DNA from: Candidatus Aenigmatarchaeota archaeon | GTDB lineage: Archaea > Aenigmatarchaeota > Aenigmatarchaeia > QMZS01 | Direction: 5' to 3' | DNA length: 55,624 bases | Assembly: GCA_003663355.1 (NCBI GenBank) | Contig: QMZV01000001.1 | Location: 1-55,624 of the forward strand | In this document: positions 1-9,336 of the stretch, one piece after another | Layout: the number at the start of each line of letters is the position of its first letter | How positions within the stretch are numbered: the stretch's first letter is position 1 | Program-made: the position numbers and the translations under genes | Notes under the pieces: model-generated | What the model was told of the DNA's origin: nothing | Seen by the model: only the letters and a program-made list of their open reading frames with translations | Database searches by the model: none

Positions 1-2
1 CT

Positions 3-572
3 TCAGAAGAAATAGCAAATCATTTTAAAATAAACAAAAAATCCATTCTCGAAAAATTAAGGAAAAGGCGAAAAGAAATAAGAGAGCTTTGGAAATCTGT
101 TGAGAAAAGATTTTTTGAAGACATAATGAATCTAACAAATTTTGAATGGAAATTTCAGAACTATAAATGTTTTCTCTCTTGTGCGTGGGCAGGTCGCTAT
201 TTTTATCCGAAAAATGAGATTGAAATTTTCGGATTTCTGAAAAATACAGATACATTAAACACGCTGGCCGAGGAATTATTTCACTTGTACTTTTGGGATA
301 TTTTGGAGAAAAAATTTAAAATAAATGTGAAATTCTTAGATAAAGAAAAATATACGGAAAAAGAGAAAAAACTATGGTTTCTTTCGGAAGCTGTTGTCGG
401 ATTTGTTTTACCCGAAATTGGTTTTTACAAGAAAAGTTTGTGGTTTACTCCTTGGTGGAAAGCTGACCCTAAAATAAAAGAAATTTATATCTCTCTGAAA
501 CCTTTCTGGAAGAATAGAAAAAATTTTACGGATTTTTTAAGAAATTCCATAAAAGTTCTAAGGACAATATAA
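3..572 (+). CDS. hypothetical protein, 5' end outside the window; intact member of a local two-copy family
   Basis: The frame of ORF 126..572 stays open back to nt 3 (SEEIANHFKINKKSILEKLRKRRKE...). Motifs CAWAGRYFYPKNEIEIF, AEELFHLYFW and KPFWKNRKNFTDFL recur in decayed form at 10914-11377. Confidence 0.5.
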   Translation, partial: SEEIANHFKINKKSILEKLRKRRKEIRELWKSVEKRFFEDIMNLTNFEWKFQNYKCFLSCAWAGRYFYPKNEIEIFGFLKNTDTLNTLAEELFHLYFWDILEKKFKINVKFLDKEKYTEKEKKLWFLSEAVVGFVLPEIGFYKKSLWFTPWWKADPKIKEIYISLKPFWKNRKNFTDFLRNSIKVLRTI

Positions 573-661
573 TTGGACGTAAAGAATGGCACGAACTTAT
601 AAAAAGAGATGAAATTAAAGAGAAAGTCTCTCAATTATTGCGAGGATATGCTTGCCACCAA

Positions 662-684
662 AAATAGACAATTGCCGTATAAAA
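662..684. repeat. left copy of a 23-bp perfect inverted repeat (aaatagacaattgccgtataaaa)
   Basis: Exact reverse complement of 5851-5873. Central caattg palindrome. Begins at the stop of a short remnant ORF. Confidence 0.9.
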
Positions 685-818
685 ACTAATATATATAAGT
701 GAGAGGTTTTATATTCTTTCCTCAAGTATATTCTTTTGGCACTAGTTGGATTATTCGAAGAAAAAAGAGTTTAAAGTATGAAGAATGGGAAAGAAAGGTT
801 GGGAAGAAGATAAAGTAG

Positions 819-1523
819 TTAAAAACTATGAAAATTATGCTTTTTACTTTCTGATTTCTTCCATTTTTTATAATCCTCTTCTAAAAGATATCTTCCTTGA
901 AGATAGATTTCAAAATTATATTTTCTCCACCATAACTCATTATACCCAGTTGTAATTTTCCTTACCCTTAAGCTTTCAATTATCTTTAACATTTCATTTT
1001 TTATAGTGTTTATATTTATATTTTCGTTTTTCTCAACTTTAGCTTCTATTTCAATGAAAGTTCCCAGCTCTTTAACATTATCAACGACAATTAAAAATTT
1101 TCCGTTAGTAAACACTTTTCTTTCTTTATCTATTATGATAGAATCTATTAAGCTATTTATCTTCTTCAATTCGTCAATAGATGGGGTCGAAATTTGTTTT
1201 AGATTTAAAAATCTAAAAATGGTATTTAACTTGTCAACATCATCTTTAGATAAAGATAATTCAAATGAATATTCCGAACAGATTTCATGTATGCTTACTT
1301 CATTTTGATTAAGTACGTCAGAAGGATTAAACTTAATTTGAAGCTTATTTCCGTTTCTTATTCTTATAAAAATTCCTCTTTTGTAAAGATTTGCATCTTT
1401 CGTGTCGAAGTAAATATCTTTTATTCTTACTTTCTTTAAAAACTTTAAATTCTCTAAGCACTTTTCAAGTTGAAGTTTGTCTAAAACTTGACATTTTAAT
1501 TCTATTTCTTTTACTTTTTTCAT
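819..1523 (-). CDS. CYTH-domain protein (CyaB / thiamine-triphosphatase-like)
   Basis: N-terminal ExExK signature (KEIELKCQV). About 180-aa body followed by a basic C-terminal tail. Confidence 0.55.
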   Translation of the reverse strand: MKKVKEIELKCQVLDKLQLEKCLENLKFLKKVRIKDIYFDTKDANLYKRGIFIRIRNGNKLQIKFNPSDVLNQNEVSIHEICSEYSFELSLSKDDVDKLNTIFRFLNLKQISTPSIDELKKINSLIDSIIIDKERKVFTNGKFLIVVDNVKELGTFIEIEAKVEKNENININTIKNEMLKIIESLRVRKITTGYNELWWRKYNFEIYLQGRYLLEEDYKKWKKSESKKHNFHSF

Positions 1524-1574
1524 ACAAAAATCTAAATCAAAAATTTAAATAATTAAATTTTCTTAGACTTGATT

Positions 1575-2633
1575 ATGAGTTATGTAATACTCGGAAAAAC
1601 GGGCCTAAAAGTTAGTAGGTTGGGTGCTGGATGTTGGAGCATTGGTGGACCGTTCTCAAATTTAGGATTAGCAGGAGGTTGGGATAATGTAAAAGAAAAA
1701 GATGCAAAAGAAGCGCTTTATCTCGCCTTTAAGATGGGAGTAAATATATTTGATACGGCAGATGTATACGGATTAGGAAACTCAGAAAGATTAATAGGAT
1801 GGTGGGTAAGAAAGTTAGAAAAAGAAGGGGTGAAAAGAGATGAATTTGTTATAATTTCAAAAGTTGGATATTTTTTTGGCACAGCTCCTCACGGATATTA
1901 CTCACTTCATATGAGACACCAACTTGAGATGAGTTTAAATAATCTAAAAACAAAATATTTGGATATTTACTTTTTTCATCATTATGATTTTGGTCCCAAA
2001 GATAAGTACCTCTCTAAAGCTATTAGACAAATGAAAGAATTTAAAAGGAAAGGCCTGGTACATTTTATTGGATTGAGAGGACCTCACCAATTTTTGCCTT
2101 ATCGAAAGATTAGAAAAATGTCCACCGAAGAACTTTTTGATAGATTTTTCTATTTAGCAGAACTCATAGACCCAGATGTCATTAGTGTTAAGTATAATAT
2201 GCTTGATAGAGATATAGGCGATTACAAAATAGATATTTTTAAATGGGCGAAAGAAAGGGATATAGGAGTTGTAATCTACGAGCCGTTGGCACATGGGTTG
2301 TTAACTAATAAATACAATCCTGATAATCCACCAAAATTTAGCGATCAAGACCATAGAAGTAGAAAATTTTGGTTTACTAGAGAAGGCATCCAAATAATTT
2401 CATCTAAATTAAGAATTTTGGGAGAGAAATTTAATTGTAATTCCGTAAAGGACTACATTCATCTGGCACTCCGATTTTGTCTTTCTCGCTCCAATAAAAG
2501 TGTTGTATTTGTCGGCTTCAAAAATAAGCAACAAGTCAAAGAAAATTTTTCAGTTAAAGAAGTATGTCTTACAAAGAAGGAAATAGAATTCATAAGAAAA
2601 ACATTTTCCGACATCAAGGTGAAAAATGAGTAA
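1575..2633 (+). CDS. aldo/keto reductase
   Basis: LGAGCWSIGG and DTADVYG motifs with typical AKR length. ATG at 1575 is preferred over the TTG at 1569 used by the ORF track. The stop overlaps the next gene's start. Confidence 0.85.
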   Translation: MSYVILGKTGLKVSRLGAGCWSIGGPFSNLGLAGGWDNVKEKDAKEALYLAFKMGVNIFDTADVYGLGNSERLIGWWVRKLEKEGVKRDEFVIISKVGYFFGTAPHGYYSLHMRHQLEMSLNNLKTKYLDIYFFHHYDFGPKDKYLSKAIRQMKEFKRKGLVHFIGLRGPHQFLPYRKIRKMSTEELFDRFFYLAELIDPDVISVKYNMLDRDIGDYKIDIFKWAKERDIGVVIYEPLAHGLLTNKYNPDNPPKFSDQDHRSRKFWFTREGIQIISSKLRILGEKFNCNSVKDYIHLALRFCLSRSNKSVVFVGFKNKQQVKENFSVKEVCLTKKEIEFIRKTFSDIKVKNE

Positions 2634-3423
2634 ACAATTATTCCTTGATAAATACTTTGGAAATAAGTTTGAAATGGAAGAAAAAATTGTGAGAATATTG
2701 AATTGGAATGTAAGGAACCCTTCTTACCAAAGAGCAACGAAACAATGTAGATATATAGAAAAATTAAAACCACACCTAATACTCCTTACGGAATTGAAAT
2801 CTTCCAGTGGTTTAAGATATTTCAAAGAAAGATTTTCGTATTTAGATTATGATTTATTTTACGAATTCCCTGAGGATGATTATTTTATTTTAATTGCATG
2901 TATTTTTGAAACTTGTGAAATACCGACTAGAACAGAGTTTTTACCACATAGGATGAAAGGAATTTACTTTAAGTATAGAGATATTAAAGGAAAATTTTTT
3001 GGTATCTACGTACCTTCTCGAGGTCCAAAAGAAAAGAGAAATGTAAATAAAAGAAAATTTCAGAACAGTGTAATGAAAACCTTGGATGAAATTAGAAATA
3101 AAGTTAAAGTTTCGAGACTTATTATTGGAGGAGATTTAAACGTTATTGACCCTTATCATATTCCAAAATATCCTATTTTTGGGAATTGGGAGTATGAATT
3201 TTATGAAAAATTCACTGAAATAGGACTAATTGACGCGTTTAGGAAAGTTAATTCTCATCAAGATTATAGTTGGTTTGGAAAAGAAGGAGATGGATATAGA
3301 TTCGATCATCTTTTTGTTTCAAAAGATTTAGAAAACAGAATTAAGAGTTGTTATTATGATCATACCGTAAGGGAAAAGAAGTTAAGTGATCATTCATCAA
3401 TGATTTTAGAACTGGAATTGTAG
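2626..3423 (+). CDS. endonuclease/exonuclease/phosphatase (EEP, ExoIII-like) family protein
   Basis: ILNWNVRN near the N-terminus, GGDLNV, and the C-terminal SDHSSMILEL His motif typical of the EEP fold. Confidence 0.7.
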   Translation: MSKQLFLDKYFGNKFEMEEKIVRILNWNVRNPSYQRATKQCRYIEKLKPHLILLTELKSSSGLRYFKERFSYLDYDLFYEFPEDDYFILIACIFETCEIPTRTEFLPHRMKGIYFKYRDIKGKFFGIYVPSRGPKEKRNVNKRKFQNSVMKTLDEIRNKVKVSRLIIGGDLNVIDPYHIPKYPIFGNWEYEFYEKFTEIGLIDAFRKVNSHQDYSWFGKEGDGYRFDHLFVSKDLENRIKSCYYDHTVREKKLSDHSSMILELEL

Positions 3424-5558
3424 ATTTTCCATCTCTGAATAGCTTTCTTAAGTCTTTCATCTTTTGTATCGTTAATCTCACGTTGTTGAAGGAGTTTGGA
3501 ACTTTTGTCAACAATTTCTACTTCCATGATTCGAAGAAATATCTCAAGACACTTTTTTAAACTTTCCTTCAACGAATTTTTTTCCATTAAGTTCCAAAAC
3601 TTTTCTAAGTAGCCATGGCACTTAATTATTTTAGGAATTTTAAACAACTTTTTATTTTTTGTTGCAATCAACACCATTGATTTAATAAAATCTAAACTAA
3701 GTTTTCTATGAGTTTTCATGAGTTCAAACAATTTGCGTTCTTCATTATTTCTTGCTGTTTTACGTAAACCTTTTATTGCATACATTAGCTCAAAATTTCT
3801 GTCTATCCATTCTTGAGAAAATTTTGCGAGCAAACCTATCTTTGGATTTAAATACCTCACTTTTATTTTCCCTATTCTCATGTCTGGTTTACCTATTATT
3901 AATTTCTTTTTGTATTTCTTTTCCGCTATTTTGAGCAACTTTATATAATTACACCCAATGAGAACCTCCAACTGGGCAAGCATATATGAGACTCTTGTAC
4001 AAAGAGGGTCTCCGAGTTTATTCTTTTCTACTAACTTTTTATCATGAATAAGATTAAATAAATCATTAAAAGTACACTTCTTTAGATTAATTATTTTCAT
4101 CAGAGCATCATCCCTTTCTAGAAATAGTATATTTTCGATTAATTCTTGCATACTCATAAGCGGATCGAACATAATAAAACCTAATCTGAAACCAACTCCG
4201 ATACAACTAAGTAACCTAATTGCCATCACCGATTGCTCTGGTGTTATACCTTTCCCATATCTCATCAACTGAGTTTTGGAACCAGACTCTACTCCCACAA
4301 AAACTCTTGCAAGACCAGCTTCTTTAAGAAGATGCCACATTTTTATCCTATTAACATGCCACTTTTTTGGCATTTTAAGATTATAAATTTGATCAATTCT
4401 GGTGTAAACATCAAAAGAAATCTTAATTTTATTTCTAATAATTCCTTTTGCAATTTTTATTAATCTTTTTGTTTCACTTTCATCGACACCACCAATTGTC
4501 TCTTCGTCTGCAATATAAAGATGTCTAGATAACTTAGAAAACTTGTTCATAATACTATTGAAATACTTAAGCTGCGAAATTATTACCCTTGGAGACATAC
4601 CCTTAAAGCATTTTGGTTTATGATGTCTTGGGCAAAAAGTGCATTGCCAAAAGCATCCTCTATTCCATTCATGAGTTAACGCACCTCTCAATTCAGCGAG
4701 TTTTTCTACAGTATCAGAAGCTGGTGGAGGTAAATCATCCATATTTATTGGTTTTACTGGTGTAACCAAAATTTTATTTTTGTATTTAGCAATTATACCA
4801 GAAATTTCTTCTAATTTCTTTTTGCCTTTTACAAATTCTATCAAATCAACCATTGTATTTTCTCCCTCTCCTCGCGCAATGAGTATATTTGGATATCTTT
4901 TAAGAAAATATTCTGGAAAAGAAGCCGCGATAAAATTACCAATTATAACTAGACCATCCCATTTTTTCTCTCTTTTAAGTCTGTAAATTCTGTCCAAAAT
5001 CTTTATAACAAGAGGGGTTTGTCCATGAGGACACGAAACTCCTATAATATCTGGGCGTATTTGTATTATTTTCTTTTCTATATCTACGGCTTTTAATCCT
5101 AATTGTGTATCAAGTATCAACACCTGCGCCTTTTGATATTTTCTTAAATAAGAGGCTAAGATTGACACACCCAAAGATAGCCGAGGTATGGGATATTTCT
5201 CTATTATGTAAGGATTTATTAATATAACTTTCGGCAAAGATAAAAATTCTTCAAATTTTTTTATTGTAGAAAATACAACAAACTTTTTGTGAAGCATCTT
5301 AACGGGAAGGATTTTTCTTAATACCGGGTTTTCTTCAAATTTTTGAAAAGGCGTATAAATTCTCACTTTATTATCGTAAAAGAAGTAAATAGCTAAATTT
5401 CTTGTCTCTCCTGTAACTACAATCTTATCCATTTTTACTCCATAAGCTTTTAAAACTTCTCTTATTTTTTCTTCTAATTCTGCTGGATTTCTATAATACA
5501 GTGAAGACAATATTTCTTTAATTTCACCAAGCATTTTTCTATTTTCTACACATCTCAT
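3390..5558 (-). CDS. B12-binding-domain radical SAM protein with a long C-terminal extension
   Basis: CFWQCTFC (CxxxCxxC) cluster motif preceded by a Rossmann-like cobalamin-binding-type region (VLILDTQLG...DIIGVSC). The last ~250 aa carry no motif I recognise. Alternative start M9 at 5534. Confidence 0.8.
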   Translation of the reverse strand: MRCVENRKMLGEIKEILSSLYYRNPAELEEKIREVLKAYGVKMDKIVVTGETRNLAIYFFYDNKVRIYTPFQKFEENPVLRKILPVKMLHKKFVVFSTIKKFEEFLSLPKVILINPYIIEKYPIPRLSLGVSILASYLRKYQKAQVLILDTQLGLKAVDIEKKIIQIRPDIIGVSCPHGQTPLVIKILDRIYRLKREKKWDGLVIIGNFIAASFPEYFLKRYPNILIARGEGENTMVDLIEFVKGKKKLEEISGIIAKYKNKILVTPVKPINMDDLPPPASDTVEKLAELRGALTHEWNRGCFWQCTFCPRHHKPKCFKGMSPRVIISQLKYFNSIMNKFSKLSRHLYIADEETIGGVDESETKRLIKIAKGIIRNKIKISFDVYTRIDQIYNLKMPKKWHVNRIKMWHLLKEAGLARVFVGVESGSKTQLMRYGKGITPEQSVMAIRLLSCIGVGFRLGFIMFDPLMSMQELIENILFLERDDALMKIINLKKCTFNDLFNLIHDKKLVEKNKLGDPLCTRVSYMLAQLEVLIGCNYIKLLKIAEKKYKKKLIIGKPDMRIGKIKVRYLNPKIGLLAKFSQEWIDRNFELMYAIKGLRKTARNNEERKLFELMKTHRKLSLDFIKSMVLIATKNKKLFKIPKIIKCHGYLEKFWNLMEKNSLKESLKKCLEIFLRIMEVEIVDKSSKLLQQREINDTKDERLKKAIQRWKIYNSSSKIIDE

Positions 5559-5850
5559 AATACCGTTTTTTTCTTAAATTCTCAAGACTTACTGACAATA
5601 AGCTGACAGAACTGCTATGAAGGCTTTATTTTAGCAGAAAAATATACAGATTTTGTGTAAAAACTCAACTTTAACACTTTGGGTGTAAACCCTTCTAAAT
5701 TCCCATTATTCTTAAAAATGTAAGGACGAAAATTTTAGTTTAAGTTGAGTTTTATTTAGAGTTTAAGAGAGATCTAAAAGTGTCAAAGTTGGGTTAAAGG
5801 AAAATATTTTCATGTTATTATGACTGTGCACATATAAATAATTTTTCGGA

Positions 5851-5873
5851 TTTTATACGGCAATTGTCTATTT
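5851..5873. repeat. right copy of the 23-bp perfect inverted repeat (ttttatacggcaattgtctattt)
   Basis: Exact reverse complement of 662-684. An 11-nt core acggcaattgt recurs at 31027-31037. Confidence 0.9.
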
Positions 5874-6149
5874 GCATTAGAAGTAGATATTTTTCCAAAA
5901 AAAACCATTTCAGAGAATATTTTTCGTAAGATACTTCGTTAAAGAAAAATAATTGTAACTAATCATTAATAAATCTATGACCGTCGGTTTGGTTTTTCAA
6001 AAACTTTCTTCTAAAAAAAATTTAGGGTTGAAGTTTAATACTTCTAAACCTCTCTCAAGCTTTACTCAGTTTGCTAATTGCAATTTATAAGCACGTTGGT
6101 AACATATAATGTGTATAAAGTTGAAAAATGTTAGCCACAAATATAATAG

Positions 6150-6431
6150 AAAACCAAAGTCTTAATAGATAACGGAAAACAGTTTGTGTCAAAGTTCTAC
6201 AACAAGTTCTTAGAAGAAAAAGGAATCAAGCATAGAAGAACAAAACCTTACAACCCCAAATGTAATGGAAAGATGGAGAGATGGTTTAAAACCCTTAAAA
6301 AACCTCTTAAGAAGAAATGGTTTAATAATTTAGAAGAGTTTATCAGAGAAGTTGGTAGGTTTGTTGATAATTACAACAACAAACCAAAGAGGGTTCTAAA
6401 TTGGAGAACTCCGAAGGAGAGATATATCTGA
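6150..6431 (+). pseudogene. C-terminal fragment of a DDE (rve-type, IS481/IS3-like) transposase
   Basis: The frame is open from 6150. LIDNGKQF...KPYNPKCNGKMERWFKTLK matches the last third of an integrase-core domain (TDNGxEF...PxxPxxNGKxER). The N-terminal two thirds are absent. The expected catalytic Glu position reads Gln. Confidence 0.6.
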
Positions 6432-6629
6432 AACATAAGAGTTGATCAGAAAAAAATAAGAGTGGTAAATATCTCTGATAATTAAGAAATTTTAGTTTTT
6501 GTTGTTAATTTTGAGTTTAAGGTTGTCATATACGATTACTTAAAGACTATTTAAAGTTTTTTATCTTAGTATTTTTATAGAGGCTTACCTATATCTTTAA
6601 CAAATATATTTAGTTTCCCATTTTTTAAC

Positions 6630-7652
6630 ATGAAACGCTATAAAGCTGCTGTAATAGGTTTAGGACACCAAGGTATAGAAGATTGGATACCAGGAATTGT
6701 GGATTCTCAATTTGCCACATTGAAGGCGATTTGCGATAGTGATAGAAAAAAGCTTGATGTGTGGAAAGAAAAACTAAAGGTTAATGCTTATGAGAACTAT
6801 AAGGAACTCTTATCAAGAGAGGCCTTAGATTTTGTAGTTATAGCAACGCCTCATGATACTCATAAACCTATAACCGAAGAAGCATTTAAACATGGTATTC
6901 ATGTATTAAAAGAAAAGCCCTTTGCTCGTAGTTTAAAGGAAGCTCTTTACTTAAGAGATTTGGCTGAAAAATATGAAACAACATTAATGATAGTAGCTCA
7001 ACGAAGATTTAATCCAATTTATACGACATTCTTCCAACTCAAAGACCAAATTGGAGAACCATTTTTCATAGAAGCTAAATACAGTTTATTTATAGAAAAA
7101 CCTTACATAGGATGGAGAGGAGATAGAAAGAGGGCTGGTGGTGGATGTATTATAGATATGGGTTATCACATAATAGATATACTTATTTGGTATTTTGGAC
7201 TTCCAGATAGAGTCCATGCTGAATTTTCCACAAAAGCTTGTCCAGAAATTAACTACAAAGCTGAAGATACAGCCACAATTCTTTTTAGTTATGGTGTAGG
7301 ATTATACGGAAATCTCGTACTTTCTCGATATTATCCTCCAAAGAGTGAATATATTAAACTAATCGGAAGTAGAGGTATAATTGAAGTTGAAAGAGGGAAA
7401 ATTAAGAGAAAGAAAAGTGATGGTGAAGTAGTTGAATCTTTAAGTAGAGATGTTGCATGGCCTACAGCAGCTATTAATCAAATAGATTACTTTTGTAGAG
7501 TTATAAATAGTGAAAGAGAAAATTTTAGTAATCCAGACTATCACTTACAACATATGAGTTTTATAGAAGCCTGCTACCTTTCAAAACGAAACGGATGTTA
7601 TGTATCTCCAAAGGAGATATTAGAGAAAAAGGTGGAAAGATGTCAAAGTTAG
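6630..7652 (+). CDS. Gfo/Idh/MocA-family NAD(P)-dependent sugar oxidoreductase
   Basis: N-terminal Rossmann region (VIGLGHQG) and the EKP motif (LKEKPFA). Typical length. Confidence 0.85.
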   Translation: MKRYKAAVIGLGHQGIEDWIPGIVDSQFATLKAICDSDRKKLDVWKEKLKVNAYENYKELLSREALDFVVIATPHDTHKPITEEAFKHGIHVLKEKPFARSLKEALYLRDLAEKYETTLMIVAQRRFNPIYTTFFQLKDQIGEPFFIEAKYSLFIEKPYIGWRGDRKRAGGGCIIDMGYHIIDILIWYFGLPDRVHAEFSTKACPEINYKAEDTATILFSYGVGLYGNLVLSRYYPPKSEYIKLIGSRGIIEVERGKIKRKKSDGEVVESLSRDVAWPTAAINQIDYFCRVINSERENFSNPDYHLQHMSFIEACYLSKRNGCYVSPKEILEKKVERCQS

Positions 7653-8887
7653 CTATTAAGGGTGGAAATAAGATAGTAAACATAAAACCTCCACATTATA
7701 GATGGCCTGTAATTACACAAGCTACAGAGGAATCTGTATTATCACAATTAAAAAAATCAATTTCTATTTATAATAGGTCAGGAATAATTGAAGAATTAGA
7801 AGAGAAGTTTAAAAAATACTACAATAGAAAGTATGCTTTACTCACAAATTCAGGAACTACCGCATTATATTCGATGTATATAGCTGCTGGTCTTAAAGAG
7901 GGAAATGAAGTTATATGTCCGACTTATACTTTCTTTGCAACAGTAACACCCCTCTTCTTTACTGGCGCTATACCTATTCTAGTTGATTGTGATGAAAGCG
8001 GCAATATAAATCCTAATAAAATAGAGGAAAAAATTACAGAAAAAACAAAAGCTATTGTTGTTACGCATATGTGGGGCATTCCATGTGAAATGGAAGAAAT
8101 AGAAAAAATTGCAAGAGAGTATAATCTGTTATTATTTGAAGATGCTTCTCATGCTCATGGTGCAAAATATAAGGATAGAAAAGTTGGGACATTCGGTGAC
8201 GTTTCTGTATTTAGTTTACAAGCACAAAAACTTATACCAGCAGGCGAGGGAGGTGTTCTCCTAACAAATAATGAAGAAATTTATTACAGAGCTTTACTAT
8301 TGGGGCATTACAATAAAAGATGTAAACAAGAAATACCTTCGGCATATGAACTTTACAGGTATTCTACTACAGGAATGGGTCTTAAATTAAGAATCCATCC
8401 TTTAGCTGCTGCTATTGCTAGTAAACAATTTGAAAATCTTGAAAAAGTACTTAGAGGAAAAAGAAAAAATGCCAAATATATATTAGAGAAAATCTCTGAA
8501 TTTACGTGTCTTAGACCCCCACAATTTAAAGATTATATGGAACCGTCATGGTATGCATTTGTATTTCATTATCTCTCAGAAAAGCTTTATAACATCCCAA
8601 TTGATAAGTTTTATGAGGCGCTAAAAGCTGAAGGTTGTGAAGAACTAGATAGACCTAACTCTACGTGTCCAGTCAATTATCACCCTCTGTTTCAAAACCC
8701 TGGAGAATTATTTACACAATATAAAGGGAAAATTAAATATAAACGTGGAGATTTTCCCACTGCTGAAAAATTTCATGAAACATCACTTAAATTACCTGTA
8801 TGGCATGAGGATTCTGACAAAGAAATTATTGATTTGTATTTAAGGGCCCTAGAAAAGGTTACACAAAATTATAAAGAGTTAATATGA
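7640..8887 (+). CDS. DegT/DnrJ/EryC1/StrS-family PLP-dependent sugar aminotransferase
   Basis: EDASHAHGA and FSLQAQKLIPAGEGG (PLP-Lys region). ATG 7640 (MSKLAIKGG) overlaps the upstream stop by 13 nt. Confidence 0.85.
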   Translation: MSKLAIKGGNKIVNIKPPHYRWPVITQATEESVLSQLKKSISIYNRSGIIEELEEKFKKYYNRKYALLTNSGTTALYSMYIAAGLKEGNEVICPTYTFFATVTPLFFTGAIPILVDCDESGNINPNKIEEKITEKTKAIVVTHMWGIPCEMEEIEKIAREYNLLLFEDASHAHGAKYKDRKVGTFGDVSVFSLQAQKLIPAGEGGVLLTNNEEIYYRALLLGHYNKRCKQEIPSAYELYRYSTTGMGLKLRIHPLAAAIASKQFENLEKVLRGKRKNAKYILEKISEFTCLRPPQFKDYMEPSWYAFVFHYLSEKLYNIPIDKFYEALKAEGCEELDRPNSTCPVNYHPLFQNPGELFTQYKGKIKYKRGDFPTAEKFHETSLKLPVWHEDSDKEIIDLYLRALEKVTQNYKELI

Positions 8888-9333
8888 TAGATAGAAAGTT
8901 CGTGGATAGGTTAGTTTCACAAGCTTTAAAAGATAGTATTTCTAGATATGTTGTAGCTGCGGTAATTGCTAATGAATGCTTAAATGTTCTTTTACTTGAA
9001 AGGCCAAGAGACGAATTTCTTGGTGGCATTTATGAGTTACCTAGTGGCAAAGTAGAAGAAGGCGAATCATTATTAGAAGCTTTGTATAGAGAGACTAGAG
9101 AAGAAACAGGGATGAATATAAGAGGTATCAAAGAATATTTAGGATACTTTGACTATCTTTCTAAAAGCAAAAAGAAGACAAGGCAATTTAACTTTCATGT
9201 CGAAGTAGAAGATATCTCTCAAATAACACTAAGTGAACATTCTAGCTACGTTTGGGTATCTCATGAGGATTTAAACAAATACCGTATAACAGATAATGTC
9301 AAAAATGTTTTGAAGAAATTCTGGGGTTTTTGA
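8884..9333 (+). CDS. Nudix hydrolase
   Basis: Nudix box GKVEEGESLLEALYRETREETGM. The start overlaps the upstream stop (ATGA). Confidence 0.85.
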   Translation: MIDRKFVDRLVSQALKDSISRYVVAAVIANECLNVLLLERPRDEFLGGIYELPSGKVEEGESLLEALYRETREETGMNIRGIKEYLGYFDYLSKSKKKTRQFNFHVEVEDISQITLSEHSSYVWVSHEDLNKYRITDNVKNVLKKFWGF

Positions 9334-9336
9334 GAT

